DNA from: Callorhinchus milii
Taxonomy: Eukaryota
NCBI RefSeq assembly: GCF_018977255.1
Contig: NW_024704742.1
Location: 127,350,001-127,414,000, forward strand
Length of the DNA stretch: 64,000 nucleotides
Direction: 5' to 3'
The notes under the pieces are model-generated. The model had not been told where the DNA came from and searched no databases. It worked only from the letters and a program-made list of their open reading frames with translations. Shown piece by piece: positions 51,771 to 63,559 of this stretch. Both the position numbers and the translations under genes were made by a program. Each line of letters starts with the position of its first letter. Within the stretch, counting starts at the first letter, position 1.

Positions 51771-52057
51771 CAAGCCTTGAAGAAACTAATGGGATCCTTG
51801 GTTTAAAGGCAAAGAATATAATAATAATCATTGGCGCCTTATATCTTTGAGAGTACTCACAGCTGACAGATACGGTCGGCCACATGGCTTTCTTCTAAAT
51901 TTACAAAGTTCTATAAGCTTCCAGTTTACCACTGGTAATGCAAACTTTCATGCTATTTTTGGATCATGTGAGAAAAGCAATACAGATTTTGTTTTCCAAA
52001 CATACATACATACATACATATATCTATATATAAATATTTTAATGAATCTGTAAATAC

Positions 52058-52172
52058 CTCTTCACCACCTTCATCTACCAGGGTCCAGTTCTGGGAGTTT
52101 TTTCCTGTCAGAGCAGCTGATAATGGCTTTTTTTCACTGGGTTTCACATTTAGCAAAAATTCAGCTCGATGT
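52058..52172 (-). CDS. EPG5: EPG5 exon 7 (115 nt), LIR1 WTLV
   Basis: HRAEFLLNVKPSEKK...NWTLVDEGGEE; phase 2-0. Confidence 0.94.
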
Positions 52173-52319
52173 CTGTTTTTCAAAAATCATAAATTTTCAA
52201 TAATTTGACATATTTCACATGATTAGTTTTACTCTGGCTAGTGGGGTGTGAGTGGAAACCCATGACCAGGTTTAAGAGAATCTAAACCAGAGTTCTACAT
52301 ATGTATACCACCTACATAT

Positions 52320-52636
52320 AATAATAATAATCCTTGCATTTGATATAGCACTTTTCACGTCGGGAGGACGTCCCAAAGCGCTTCACAGAACACACTGTAA
52401 AGTGAATTGACTGTATATTTGTGGGCGAACGCGGCAGCCAATTGCGCACAGCAATGTCCCACAAACAGACGTAGATTGAAAATGACCAATTTATTATTGT
52501 TTTGGGTTTTTTGGAGGGATTATTATTAGGCGTGTGGAGTAAGGAAACTTGCCCAAGGTTTCGCCCTCTGCCTGGAATTGAACTCAGGTCTCTCGCTTGC
52601 AAAACGAGTGCTCTAACCACTGAGCTACAGGACTCC
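52320..52636 (-). mobile_element. tRNA-Ala-headed SINE, young copy
   Basis: Reverse complement of the 47996 family; near-identical to 60173-60492. Confidence 0.92.
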
Positions 52637-52728
52637 ACATATGGACATTTCCCTGTGCCTAGAATGAAACGGGCACTTTCTCCCGAGACAAGCATCCTGG
52701 CTATTTATTTTCAGAGGCTATTAGATGC

Positions 52729-52923
52729 AGGTTGGCGAGTGCCAGGTCTTATGAAATTCAGAGACCCAGGTTGGCGAGTGCCAGGTCTTGTGGACCTCAG
52801 AGACGCAGGTTGGTGAGTGTCAGGTCTTATGGACCTCAGAGTCGCAGGTTGGCGATTGCCAGGTCTTGTGGACCTCAGAGACGCAGGTTGACGAGTGTCA
52901 GGTCTTGTGGACTTCAGAGTGTG
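52729..52923. repeat. 39-bp minisatellite, 5 copies
   Basis: Consensus aggttggcgagtgccaggtcttgtggacctcagagacgc; units start at 52729, 52768, 52807, 52846, 52885. Confidence 0.95.
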
Positions 52924-53088
52924 CGTATCTCAAATCAGGTCGCTATCAATACCTCATTCGAAATGGCCTTTCAGGGTGCATTTATGTAACTTACACAGCC
53001 AGGGAAAGGGACATTGGACATGAAAGAAAACCTTTTTTCAAAATAGGAGTACAATTTTAGTAAATTTTTTGAATGGAATAGTACTCAC

Positions 53089-53162
53089 TTGATTGGTGAC
53101 ATAAGTAAGGCTAGAGCTTGCATGAATAGAAATACACCTGAAGGATGACCAAGAACTTTTAT
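53089..53162 (-). CDS. EPG5: EPG5 exon 6 (74 nt)
   Basis: IKVLGHPSGVFLFMQALALLMSPI; donor gtgagt; phase 0-2. Confidence 0.93.
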
Positions 53163-53299
53163 CTGAAATAAAAAAAAGTTTTTATTAAATTAACTTAATG
53201 TATTTGAATTAACAAAATATTCATTCAATGGTTCTGTGGAAAGTTTCACATTGTTTTCTGATCAACTATCTAAATGGATTACATAATGAGTATAATAGA

Positions 53300-54965
53300 A
53301 CTACAACAACAACATTACATTTGTATAGCGCCTTTCACATTAGGAGGACGTCCCAAGGCAACCAGTGTTTTGGACCCGAGCTGGGGGTCGGGATTGGGGA
53401 AGGTGGAGGGCAGGGGGGGGAAGGAGGGTGATCAAAGGCACGGTCGAAGAGGAGGGTCTTGAGATGGGTCTCGAAGGAGGCAAGGGAGAGGGCGAGGCGG
53501 AGGGACTGAGGGATGGAGTTCCAGAGGGTAGGAGCTGAGTGGCTGAAGGCCCACCCGTCAATGGTGGGGCGAGCAAGGTGTGAAGCAGGCCAGAGCTTGC
53601 TGAGTGGAGGGTTGGTAGGGGGTTAGAAGGTCGCAGTGGTAGTGGGGAGCAAGGCCATGGAGGGCTTTGAAGGCGAGGACCAAGATCTTGAGCTGTATCC
53701 TCTGTGTGATGAGAAACCAGTGGCGTTGCGTGAGGATGGGGCTGATAGGGTCACAGAGGAGAGAATATTCGGGCTGCAGAGTTCTGGATGATCTGCAACC
53801 TATAGAGGGAGGAGTTGGGGGAGCCTGACAATCAGGGAGATTGCATAGTCTCAAGCCTGGATGTTATGAATGTATGTATAAGGGTTTCGGCAGCCTGTGG
53901 TGTGAGACAGTGGCCGAGCCGGGCGATGTTGCGGAGGTAGGGAAGGCAAAGAGTGTCATGGCACAGATGTGGCATACAAAGGATAGTTGACGGTCAAACA
54001 GGATGCCAAGGATCCAGACTGGCTTAGTAAGGTGGAGTGTCATTCCGTGGATGGTGAGGTGTGGAGGCGCTGACGGGAGCTAATCAGGAGGGCCTCGGGC
54101 TTGTTGACGTTCAACTGAAGAAAATTAGCTCTCATCCAGGACTTGATGTCTGGTGGACATTCTGTAAGGACAACAGTGGTCCTGGAATCGAGGGTGGAGG
54201 CAGAGAGATAGAGTTGGGTATCATCTGTATGCACGTGGAAGTTGACCTGCATATATGTGGAAGTTGACCCCATATCTGCGGATGATGTCACCAAGGAGCA
54301 TATGGATATTGAAGAGGAGGGGACCAAGGACAGAGCCCTGAGGAATGCTGCATGAGATGGTGCAGGGGCTAGAGGAGAAACCGTTTATGGAGATGAAGTG
54401 GAGACAGTGTGAGAGCTAGGATCTGAACCATTCAAAGACAGAACCATGAAGGTTGAGGTGAGGAGAGGTGGTGGAGGAGGATAGAGTGGTCAACGGTATC
54501 GAAGGCAGCAGAGAGGTCAAGGAAGACGGAGAGGCAGAGAGAGCCCTAATTGCAGATGGACAAAATGTCATTTGTCACTTTGATCAAAGCTGTTTCTGTG
54601 CTGTGGGCGGCATGGAAACCCGATTGGAGCGGTTCATGAAGGGAGTGGCGGGAGAGGAAGGAGCGAAGCTGGGAAGCAACGACTCATTCCAGTACCTTGG
54701 AAAGGAAAGGGAGGTTGGAGATGGGGTGATAGTTTGAGAGCAGGGATTGGTCCAGGGAGGGTTTTTTAAGAATAGGAATGATGAAGGCTGTTTCTAAAGG
54801 GGTGGGAACGATGCCAGTGGACAGGGAGAGGTTTACGATGTCTGTGAGTAGAGGGGCAAGGAGGTGGAGCTGGGAGGTAAGGAGAGGGGTAGAGATGGGG
54901 ATGAGGGAGTAGGTGGTCGGTTTCCTGAGGGTTATACTGGTGGTGAGAGTGGTGTTGAAGAGAAA
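53300..54965 (-). mobile_element. L2 LINE RT fragment with 3' tail
   Basis: [34 protein letters not shown]2 tail. Confidence 0.92.
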
Positions 54966-56003
54966 GGAAATACAATGTGCAGAAACAGCATAATTATCAG
55001 TTTTTAAATCCAACTGTGAGCCTCTTTCAAGTTTCTCTGCCTTTTTCTTGACGATGAATATTGCTGTCATAAAATTTCAGTAACACTGATAGCCACAAAT
55101 AATAATGCCTTGTTCATGTAATCACTGTTCAAGTGTGAGCCTGGATATGCAGTTTAGACTGGCTATGAGTGAAATCATATCAGATCTCAACTGTGTTTTT
55201 CATGGGTTTGCACGCACGCACACACACGTGAACACACGAGGGAGCACTGAATCCTGTAATAAAAAGCAGTTACCCCAGATAATACCAATGTATCATCTAC
55301 GAAAAAGCTTAGTACAGTAGACATAAAACCTGTGACTCTCCTGATTTACATGATTCAATGCAAAGTGCGTTTTTGGGTAGTGTTCTGAACCACCATAATT
55401 GTATTTTGGCCTTTGTAGAGATATTTGCAGTTTACGAATTCAATATTGTTGAGAATAAACAGTAGTACCTCTTTCAAAAATTGCTAACTTACAAACTATA
55501 AATCACCAGCTATGAAGGCAATGCACATTGGAAGCTTCAGAAGTAAATATAGGAGGCAACACAGGGACTCCTCCTGCTCTTGTAAATTTCTGATTCAGGA
55601 TTTCAAAAGGCAATATCAGAACATATAACAAGAAATATTTCTTTCTGCAAAGGGGTAATTAACCACTGGAACAGATTACCAGGAAAGATGGTTGAAGCCA
55701 GAATACTGGATTCATTTAAGAAATAGCTTGATGCTGCAATGGGAGGATTTTAGGGTTGGCATTTTGGAAGGATGAGATCAAATGGGCTAAATGGCCTTCA
55801 TCATCTAAACCTCTTCTGAAATCTGTTGCGAGATGTATACAATACCATTATTGTTATTTAATCTCAAATATTTCATCTCATTACAAAACTGCTTAAACTA
55901 CAAATATGATTAGAATTAATTAAAAAATATATAATTGTATGTGAAATGTTTAGACCATTAAGTTAAAAAGTATTAAGATTATACAATTTTCATATAAACA
56001 TAC

Positions 56004-56111
56004 CTGTACAAATGGAACTGCCCATTTACTCACACCTGCTGGACATCTGAGGATGTGATTCAGCAGAAAGAGATGGTCACCAGTAGAGCCAAGTCGATGT
56101 AATACAACAAC
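56004..56111 (-). CDS. EPG5: EPG5 exon 5 (108 nt)
   Basis: [26 protein letters not shown]; phase 0-0. Confidence 0.95.
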
Positions 56112-56665
56112 CTGAAATTATTAATGTTTATTAAGAACTCTGGAAAAGCTATTAAATTTAACCAAACAAACCAAAATGAAAATGTCTGTTTCCTGTTCCC
56201 TCTTAGTTACAAAGCTGCAAATCTCTCTTCTAAAAATTATACCAAGCCTAACATTAGTTTAATGCTATTCCCCAGCAATGCTCAACAGATTACATTTCTA
56301 TAATCATACAGTGATCCCTGTAATCATCACAAACTACTATGAATGATCAATTTAACTTGGATGATTGTTGGCCAGGCACCAAGAAATAAACCATAATCAA
56401 AGATTAACAACATTGATAATACGAGGCTCAAGAAGTCCATTTATGTTTCACACTTCAAATTTCCCACAACCTCAATCTACAAATTGTAGGAAAATTATGG
56501 GAACTGCCATAGAACAACAGATTTTATACACTATATATAGTGTATATTGGTATTTTAAAGAATTTGCTTTGATTTGCTCTGTAATGAAACCACAATTGAC
56601 TTACATTCACTCAGATCAGATAATATAATAATGTGAAGTATAATGTGCATATTACAACTTCATAC

Positions 56666-56802
56666 CAATTTCTGAAGCCAGAGAAGAATGTCACCTTGGA
56701 ACTGACCATCTTCAATTATTCTTCGAGTGAAACTGAAGAGTACACTGATACAGTCCTTTAGAAACTGCATATCTGAATGGCTGCAATCAATTTCTTGATT
56801 AT
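56666..56802 (-). CDS. EPG5: EPG5 exon 4 (137 nt)
   Basis: [14 protein letters not shown]...DILLWLQKL; phase 1-0. Confidence 0.92.
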
Positions 56803-56999
56803 CTAAATATCACAAAAAAATTACATTCTGTGGATCTAATATTAAAATAAGTATTGGTAAAACTATAATACAAAACGGGGGATTTTGACCCTATGAAGAA
56901 AATGGTCTCACCAAATTGTAACATTACAGGTTAGAACAATTTTTTTAAAGCCTTTGAGGCGACTGTTTCACTTTGAAGGGAAATAGGACCATCTGAAAC

Positions 57000-57422
57000 A
57001 TCCAAAATGTCACCATCCTAGCCCTTGCCAGGCTCCACTGAACATATTGACTTCAAAATCCTCACACTCATCTACAAATTGCTTCCAGGCACCTCCGTAC
57101 CTCTGCGACCTGCTTACTCCCACTCCCATTTCCTCTGCTTGGCTGTCTCCGAACTCAAACTTGTTCCTTGACCCTTCCATTCCATCATCACGGCCGTGCT
57201 TTCAGCCGCTACACCTGAAACTTTGGCACTCTTTCCCTCAATCCCTCTGCCTTGCGTCCTCCTTCCCCATTTTCAAATCATGCCTGAAGACATTCCTCGA
57301 CTGCATCTACAGTCACCGCCTCCCTCCTCCAGCTTAGCAAAAGGGTGTGCCAATGTTAAGCATTCCAAGACACTACCCTGTGTAAAGGTGCTATAGAAAT
57401 GTTAGTTGTTGTTGTTGTTGTT
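57000..57422 (+). mobile_element. L2 3' fragment
   Basis: FKILTLIYK-like sequence, (gtt)n tail. Confidence 0.75.
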
Positions 57423-57601
57423 CTCAAACTATACTTCTTATTAGCCTTAGGAACACAGACTTAAAATGTAAGATTGTGTGTCATTTTAGAAAAGTAATAA
57501 TTTGGAAGCAGATATTTCATAGTTGTTTTTAAGATTTTAAAATCAACTCTTTCTTATGCTTTTTCTCATTTTAGTATTTTTTGCAATTGCTAGAGCCAGA
57601 A

Positions 57602-57677
57602 ACTTGTACCTTTATTATCTAAACCTGGACAAATCATGTACATAATTTGGCCAGGTTTAGGTAATAAAGGTACAAGT
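57602..57677. repeat. 76-nt near-perfect palindrome
   Basis: 38-nt arms with 3 mismatches, centred on atgt|acat. Confidence 0.9.
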
Positions 57678-58664
57678 AGAAATTGTAAAGTTTTTCTAGA
57701 TTTCATGCCTGTTAATGTTCTATTGAACAAACAAGCCTGTAAGGCATTCTCGGATTCTATTCACCCTCCCAAGTAGTCAGATTCTTAACATAAATGTTTA
57801 GAAAACATACTGAGCAGATGTACACAAATGCCTTTGTGACTCAGATCATTAGTTAGGATTGCGCAAGAATAGCTGTCAAAATAAAACAATTTTAAACGTA
57901 AAGGGGTCAAAGTGTTTCAGAATAATTAGCAGATTTTCTCAGCCTCAATCTGACTGTTGCTGTTCCAAATACTGCTTTGAAGTTAAGAGATTAAGACAGT
58001 TAACAGTATTTTTTAAACAATGAACATGCAAATATATGGATAATTTCACTCTAATTCAGGATCTTACTCCTGCAAAACCTCCTAGCTACAGATGAACATA
58101 AACACGTGTTCACTTATAGCACAATTGTAGCATAAAGCACGATATTTCCCAAAATGTACGCAGAATGCCGGACAGTTTGCTTCAAAAAGCTAACCGGCTT
58201 CTCACGTACTAAAAAATGTCCGATTTTGTATCATCAGGTTTCTCCCAACATCAATTTGTGCACGTTACAAATGGTGCACAAGGTGGCATTGGTGGCAACC
58301 TGATGATCACCAATTCTCCAATTTTTAATGTCAGGAAGCTGATTGGCTTTCTAGTGCATATACAGAGAATGTGGAAGTATTGACCAATTACATGGCCAAA
58401 TAACATTTGACAATTCAGAGTCATAATCTTGCCCAATCCTAACTAAAAGAACAGTTTTATAACAGCTTCTGCAGCTATATTAACTGATATACCTTACAAC
58501 TTAATTAGCAGAAAGAGCTCATTTCTGCACTTTGTCAATGTCTCTAGTATACTAATACCCAACTTGAAGTATGCAACTGTTAATTAGTTATTGCCTAATC
58601 TTGCATTCAGTTTTGTTTTTGAATAGAATTTGGTAAATTTTGAATCAAGTTATAATAAACCAAC

Positions 58665-58905
58665 CTTGTTTTTGCAAAATTGCTATTGCTCTAAATGCTG
58701 GTGAACTGTTCAACAACCTATAAATGTAAGATTCCACCTGTAGACGAGAAAGTACTGACGTATAAGCATGTAAAGCCAGTGTTTGATGCAAATGATCAGC
58801 TTGGACGTCCAACAACCGTTTCAGCTCCCCAAGAACCAATGTGTTCATCTCCACAATCTGAAATCGATGGTAACCTGAAACTTTTGCTTGATCGGCACAA
58901 ACTCC
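58665..58905 (-). CDS. EPG5: EPG5 exon 3 (241 nt)
   Basis: GVCADQAKV...LHQTLALHAYTSVLSRLQVESYIY; AG/GT; phase 0-1. Confidence 0.93.
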
Positions 58906-59374
58906 CTGCATAGAAATTACAGGATAATTGATAAACATGGTTAAAAATTGGTGATGAACAGAATATGCACCATCTCCAAACAAAACATAGGATTATAAAG
59001 CATTCAGCGTAAAATTCATTTTCTAATTTTCATCTAAACACTTTTAAGAACAAAATACTGAACAAGAAAAATGTACATTGGCCCTGAGCATACCATTTCT
59101 AATGAACTAAATACATTACAAAATTCTATTTGTATAGAGCCTTTCATGTCGGGAGGATGTCCCAAGGCGCTGAATATCGTTGACTCTTCCTAACTTATGC
59201 AGTCTTCATTGGATTCGTGCGTGTATCAGTGTAAATCTGGAAACAAACTGGGAGTATAATTGGATCTCAGTATTTCTCTAAAATTGGTACTTCTTTCACC
59301 TTTCCTCTCACTCTGTAAACATTGAGGATGTCCATATACATTGAGTTGACTCGATTAACAGCTGGACTGAATTT

Positions 59375-59800
59375 ATCCATACTGTCTGTTAGTAGCACTC
59401 TCGTTTCCTAGTCAAAAGTTTGTGAGTTCTAGCCCCACATTAGGACTTTAACTTCACAGACTTGGCTGACATTCCAATATAGTGCCAGGGATGTACTGCA
59501 TTACTGGAGGCCATTCTTTGTATGAGTTGTCAAACTGAGGTCCCATCTGCCTGATTTAGGTGGACATTAAATATCTCATAGTACAATTTGCGAAGAGAAG
59601 GGAGTTTCTTCAGGGACAAACAATCCCTGAAATAAAATTGGTCATTCACTTAATGGATGTTTGTGGGACGTTATTGTGCGCAAATTGATTGTTGCGTTCA
59701 CCTACAAAATCTCACTCCACTGTACAGTAAATCCTGTGAAGTACGTTATGTACCTACCGATGTAAAAGGTGCTAAATCAAATGCAAGGATAATTATAAAA
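59375..59800 (+). mobile_element. Deu-domain-type SINE
   Basis: tRNA-like head, aaactgaggtcccatctgcc core, aaatgcaaggat tail. Confidence 0.6.
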
Positions 59801-60172
59801 ATAATTATCCTTGCATTCGATATCGCACCTTATTACTTTGTCGAGACGATTCAAAGTGCTTCAAGCATCTCATTTGAAAGATGCAACCTCCGACAATGCA
59901 GTGCTCCCTAGAACTGCATGGGAGAATCAGCCTGGATTACGTTTCGAGTTCCAATTGGTGGGCAGGGGAATCTTGAGTCCACACCGTTCAGATCCAAAGT
60001 GCTACCCAACTGAGTCTAGTTAAAACCGAAATAGTGACAGCATGACAAGACCCATCAAGAAAAGTGTGATCCATGTAACTAAGTATTTTTCTACATAACC
60101 AACTGTGGCTTCAGTGACATTCCACCTTCAGACCTGAAGTAGAACCATATTATGATGAAGTTCAGACACACA

Positions 60173-60492
60173 ATAATAATAATAATAATCCTTGCATTTG
60201 ATATAGCACTTTTCACGTCGGGAGGACGTCCCAAAGCGCTTCACAGAACACACTGTGAAGTGAATTGACTGTATATTTGTGGGCGAACGCGGCAGCCAAT
60301 TGCGCACAGCAATGTCCCACAAACAGACGTAGATTGAAAATGACCAATTTATTATTGTTTGGGGTTTTTTGGAGGGATTATTATTAGGCGTGTGGAGTAA
60401 GGAAACTTGCCCAAGGTTTCGCCCTGCCTGGAATTGAACTCAGGTCTCTCACTTGCAAAGCGAGTGCTCTAACCACTAAGCTACAGGACTCC
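60173..60492 (-). mobile_element. tRNA-Ala-headed SINE, young copy
   Basis: About 6 differences from 52320-52636 by eye. Confidence 0.92.
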
Positions 60493-60610
60493 ATGGTACA
60501 ACTTTGTATGTCCACAACACATTTGTTCGGCCACGTGTAAAAGACAGGTGTTAACTTTCATATTTGTTATTACATCAATTAAACATTATTATGATGGATA
60601 CCAAGTTTAC

Positions 60611-61690
60611 CTGTATGATTAATTGCTCTTCCTTAAATGTCCATAGTCTCTTTTTTATACTCTTATAATTCGACATCATTGTTTGTAATTCCACTTCAGC
60701 CAGGAGCAGCTGTTTTCGACATCTCCAATAGTTCATAAGAAGCTCAAAAAGATCATTTTTATCTTGATTGGCCACAGAAAGAAAATCTTCAGTGTACGCA
60801 TCAACATTCTCCAACCATGAGCCTGATGCAAACATTTTCAACTCTTCTTTTGAAAATGGTATAATTTCTGGTTCAAGTGGGATCTCTGGATACAGCATTT
60901 TGGAATGGGGTGAAAGCTGTGGTACAGACTCTTGGTTTTCCTTCACCTTCACAACCAATTCAGGATACAACTTTTTAAAGGTCAGTTGTGCAGGAAGATC
61001 TTTCATTATGCTATGCAGCTGTGTATCAAGTATATCTTGCTCTCCGTCACCCAGTGTTAGGACAGCGGGTCTCTTAAAATCTTCCCTGCTCTCCAACTCT
61101 GAGTCTGGTAAATCAACAATTGTCTGTTGTGAAGAAGTTTTATTGTAGTCCAAAACAGCTTTGGCCAATGAAGCACTACCAATAGCAGATTTAAAATCAC
61201 CAGTCGACTGCAAGTGTTCTGTTGTTTCACTACTAGTGTCACTAGAGCAAGGCAATACATTTTTTTCTGGAAAATGAACACTCTTTGGCATTTCTTGGTT
61301 GGCTGTAGTAACTCCAGAGGAATAAAGGTCATGGTCTGGCTTAATTATTTTTGTCTGACATGCCTGAATCTCATTGTTATGGCTCAACCCAGTTTGCTGA
61401 ACTGCATGAGGACTTTCAGATTCAATAATCGTCAAGGACACAGATTTTTTACACAATTCAGACTCTTCACTGACAATATTTTTCAAATCAGTTACAGGCT
61501 GATTTGAAGACAACTCTGTTCTCTCATCATCAGATTTTGAAACAATTTCTTTTTGAGTCTTTTTAACTTCAGTAAAAAAAGATGAAGAAACTTCAGATAT
61601 CTCTGAAACACTAGAAACTGATTCTTGGTTTGATTTTAGTTTTGAACGCTCTTGTTTATTGGCTTCTGCAGTGGCTTTTTTCCTTTTGTC
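60611..61690 (-). CDS. EPG5: EPG5 exon 2 (1080 nt)
   Basis: ttcag|GACAAAAGG...ATACAG|gtaaac; DKRKK...RCRKQLLLAE...KEEQLIIQ; phase 0-0. Confidence 0.93.
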
Positions 61691-61755
61691 CTGAAATACA
61701 AACCACATTTACAGTTTAGCTTATTACTAACATGGTTTCACGTGTAATAGATTCC

Positions 61756-62520
61756 ACAACAACAACTTGGATTTATATAGCGCCCTCCACGCCAGACGGC
61801 GTCTCAGAGCGCTTTACAGTAACGGATCCTGGGACTGAGCCAGGGAGAGGGGGAGGAAGGTGACCAAAGGCGCGGTCAAAAAGAAAGGTCTTCAACAGAG
61901 ACTTGAAAATGGGGAGGGAGCGAGACAAAGTGAGTGAGGAAGGCAGTTCCAGAGCCCTCGGGCATAGTGGCTGAAGGCACGGGCCGCCGAGGGTCGAGCA
62001 GAGGACTCGGAGGAGGCCAGACCCAGAGGAACGGAGGCAACGGGTACTGTTTTGAGGAGAGAAGTCAGAGAGGTAGGGGGTTGCAGAGGAGTGCAGGGAC
62101 TTGAATATAAGGGTGAGGATCTTGAAATTGATCCTCTCTGGGATAGGCAGCCAGTGCAGTCTGGCAAGGACTGGGGTGATCGGGAAGCGGAGTTTCGTAC
62201 GGTGAGAATGCGGGCGGCAGAGTTTTGAATGATTTGGATTTTATGGATAGTGGTGGATGGGAGACTGGTGAGGAGGGCGTTAAGAGTATTCCAGCCGAGA
62301 GGTAACAAAGGCATGGACCAGGGTTTCAGCGGCTTTTGGGGAGAGGTATTGGTGGAGACGGGCGATCCGTCGGAGGTGGAAGAAAGTGGTGCTGGTGAGG
62401 GACCGGATATGGGAGAGGAAGGATAATTGGGGGTCGAACCTGACGTCTAGGTTGCGTTCGGGTTCGGAGAGTTTTAGGGGGAGGTCGGGTAGGTGGAGGA
62501 GGTGAGAGCCGTGAGATTTT
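61756..62520 (-). mobile_element. L2 LINE 3' fragment (second tail type)
   Basis: IQIIQNSAARIL; tail aagcgctctgagacgcc...gagggcgctatataa. Confidence 0.88.
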
Positions 62521-62654
62521 AGATGTGATTCCTAAAATCTTAGATAGAATTTTAGATGAAATCTAAAACGAGATTTTAGATAAGATTCCACTCCTGTACA
62601 GTACTTGGATGGTACAGTACAGAAGTGGATGTATGGAATTGGAGGGAGGAAGAA

Positions 62655-62890
62655 ACTCCCTTCTCTTTTTGAAACTGTAGTGCTACAGGATCTTTAACAT
62701 CCACCTGAACAGGCAGATGGTACCTCAGTTTAATGTCTCATCTGAAGGACGGCACCTCTGACAATGCAACACTCCCTCAGGACTGTATTGGAGTGTCAGT
62801 TGAAGCTATGTGATTCCAAATCTTGACGTGGATCTTAAACCCACAACTTTCTGACTCAGATGTGAGAGTGCTACCACTGCACCAGGCTAT
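62655..62890 (-). mobile_element. Deu-domain-type SINE, 5' half
   Basis: tttaatgtctcatctgaaggacggcacctctgacaatgcaacactccctcag. Confidence 0.65.
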
Positions 62891-63559
62891 TGCTATGGCT
62901 AGATTATTACAATCTCCTCTGGACCACCTCTGCCACATACTCCTTCAGCTCTACAAATATGTTCCTCGTTGCACATTCTGAGATCAATGTCAGGAATGAA
63001 ATGCTTGTGTTCTAGATGAATTCATACTGCTGACCATTAACTCAAAAGGTGAAATGCATGGGTCAGCCCGATTACTTATGTGCGCTGTTACCAACAGATC
63101 ACAGGCAGAAAATATCTTCACGAAATGTTTCTCTCTCTATAAACAATATTTATTTGTCATTTTTAACTCAGTCTAATTTCCTACAAGTTGCAACTTCCAA
63201 TACACAACACCGCACGCCATTTTTACGCCATCATCTTCTACTCTGAAAGAAGTGGGGTCTCCTCGGAGCTGAACTGGCTACAAGGTGGCATACTTGGCAA
63301 AGAAATGTCAGAATCGAGTCTGTCAGTGGTTATAGTTGTCAGTGATTTGTCCCTCTGATTCAAGTCAGTCGTGTCCGAGCCAAGAGATCTCGATTAACAT
63401 TTTGCTTGTAATTGGGTTGATGTGTATAGGTAACATCCCTCACGTTAATAAATATTTTAGCATACACCGCACAAGACCACCACACCGCTTACATGATGAT
63501 TAACCTTCAGCGCCCAAAATCAGATTGTCCTACTTTATGAACACGCTTTTATTTTTCAC

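Larger units (their letters stand above)
863..61690 (-). other. EPG5: EPG5 gene span, coding exons 2-40; partial at both ends
   Basis: Exon translations are collinear with vertebrate EPG5 as recalled (e.g. [36 protein letters not shown]). 39 exons, 7117 nt, phases consistent at every junction. Confidence 0.97.

Noticed and set aside
52729..52923. CRISPR-like array
   Set aside because: Units are head-to-tail with no unique spacers, there are no cas genes, and it lies in a vertebrate intron.
58280..58302. hAT-type terminus (ggtggcaacctg)
   Set aside because: No matching partner TIR or TSD found nearby.
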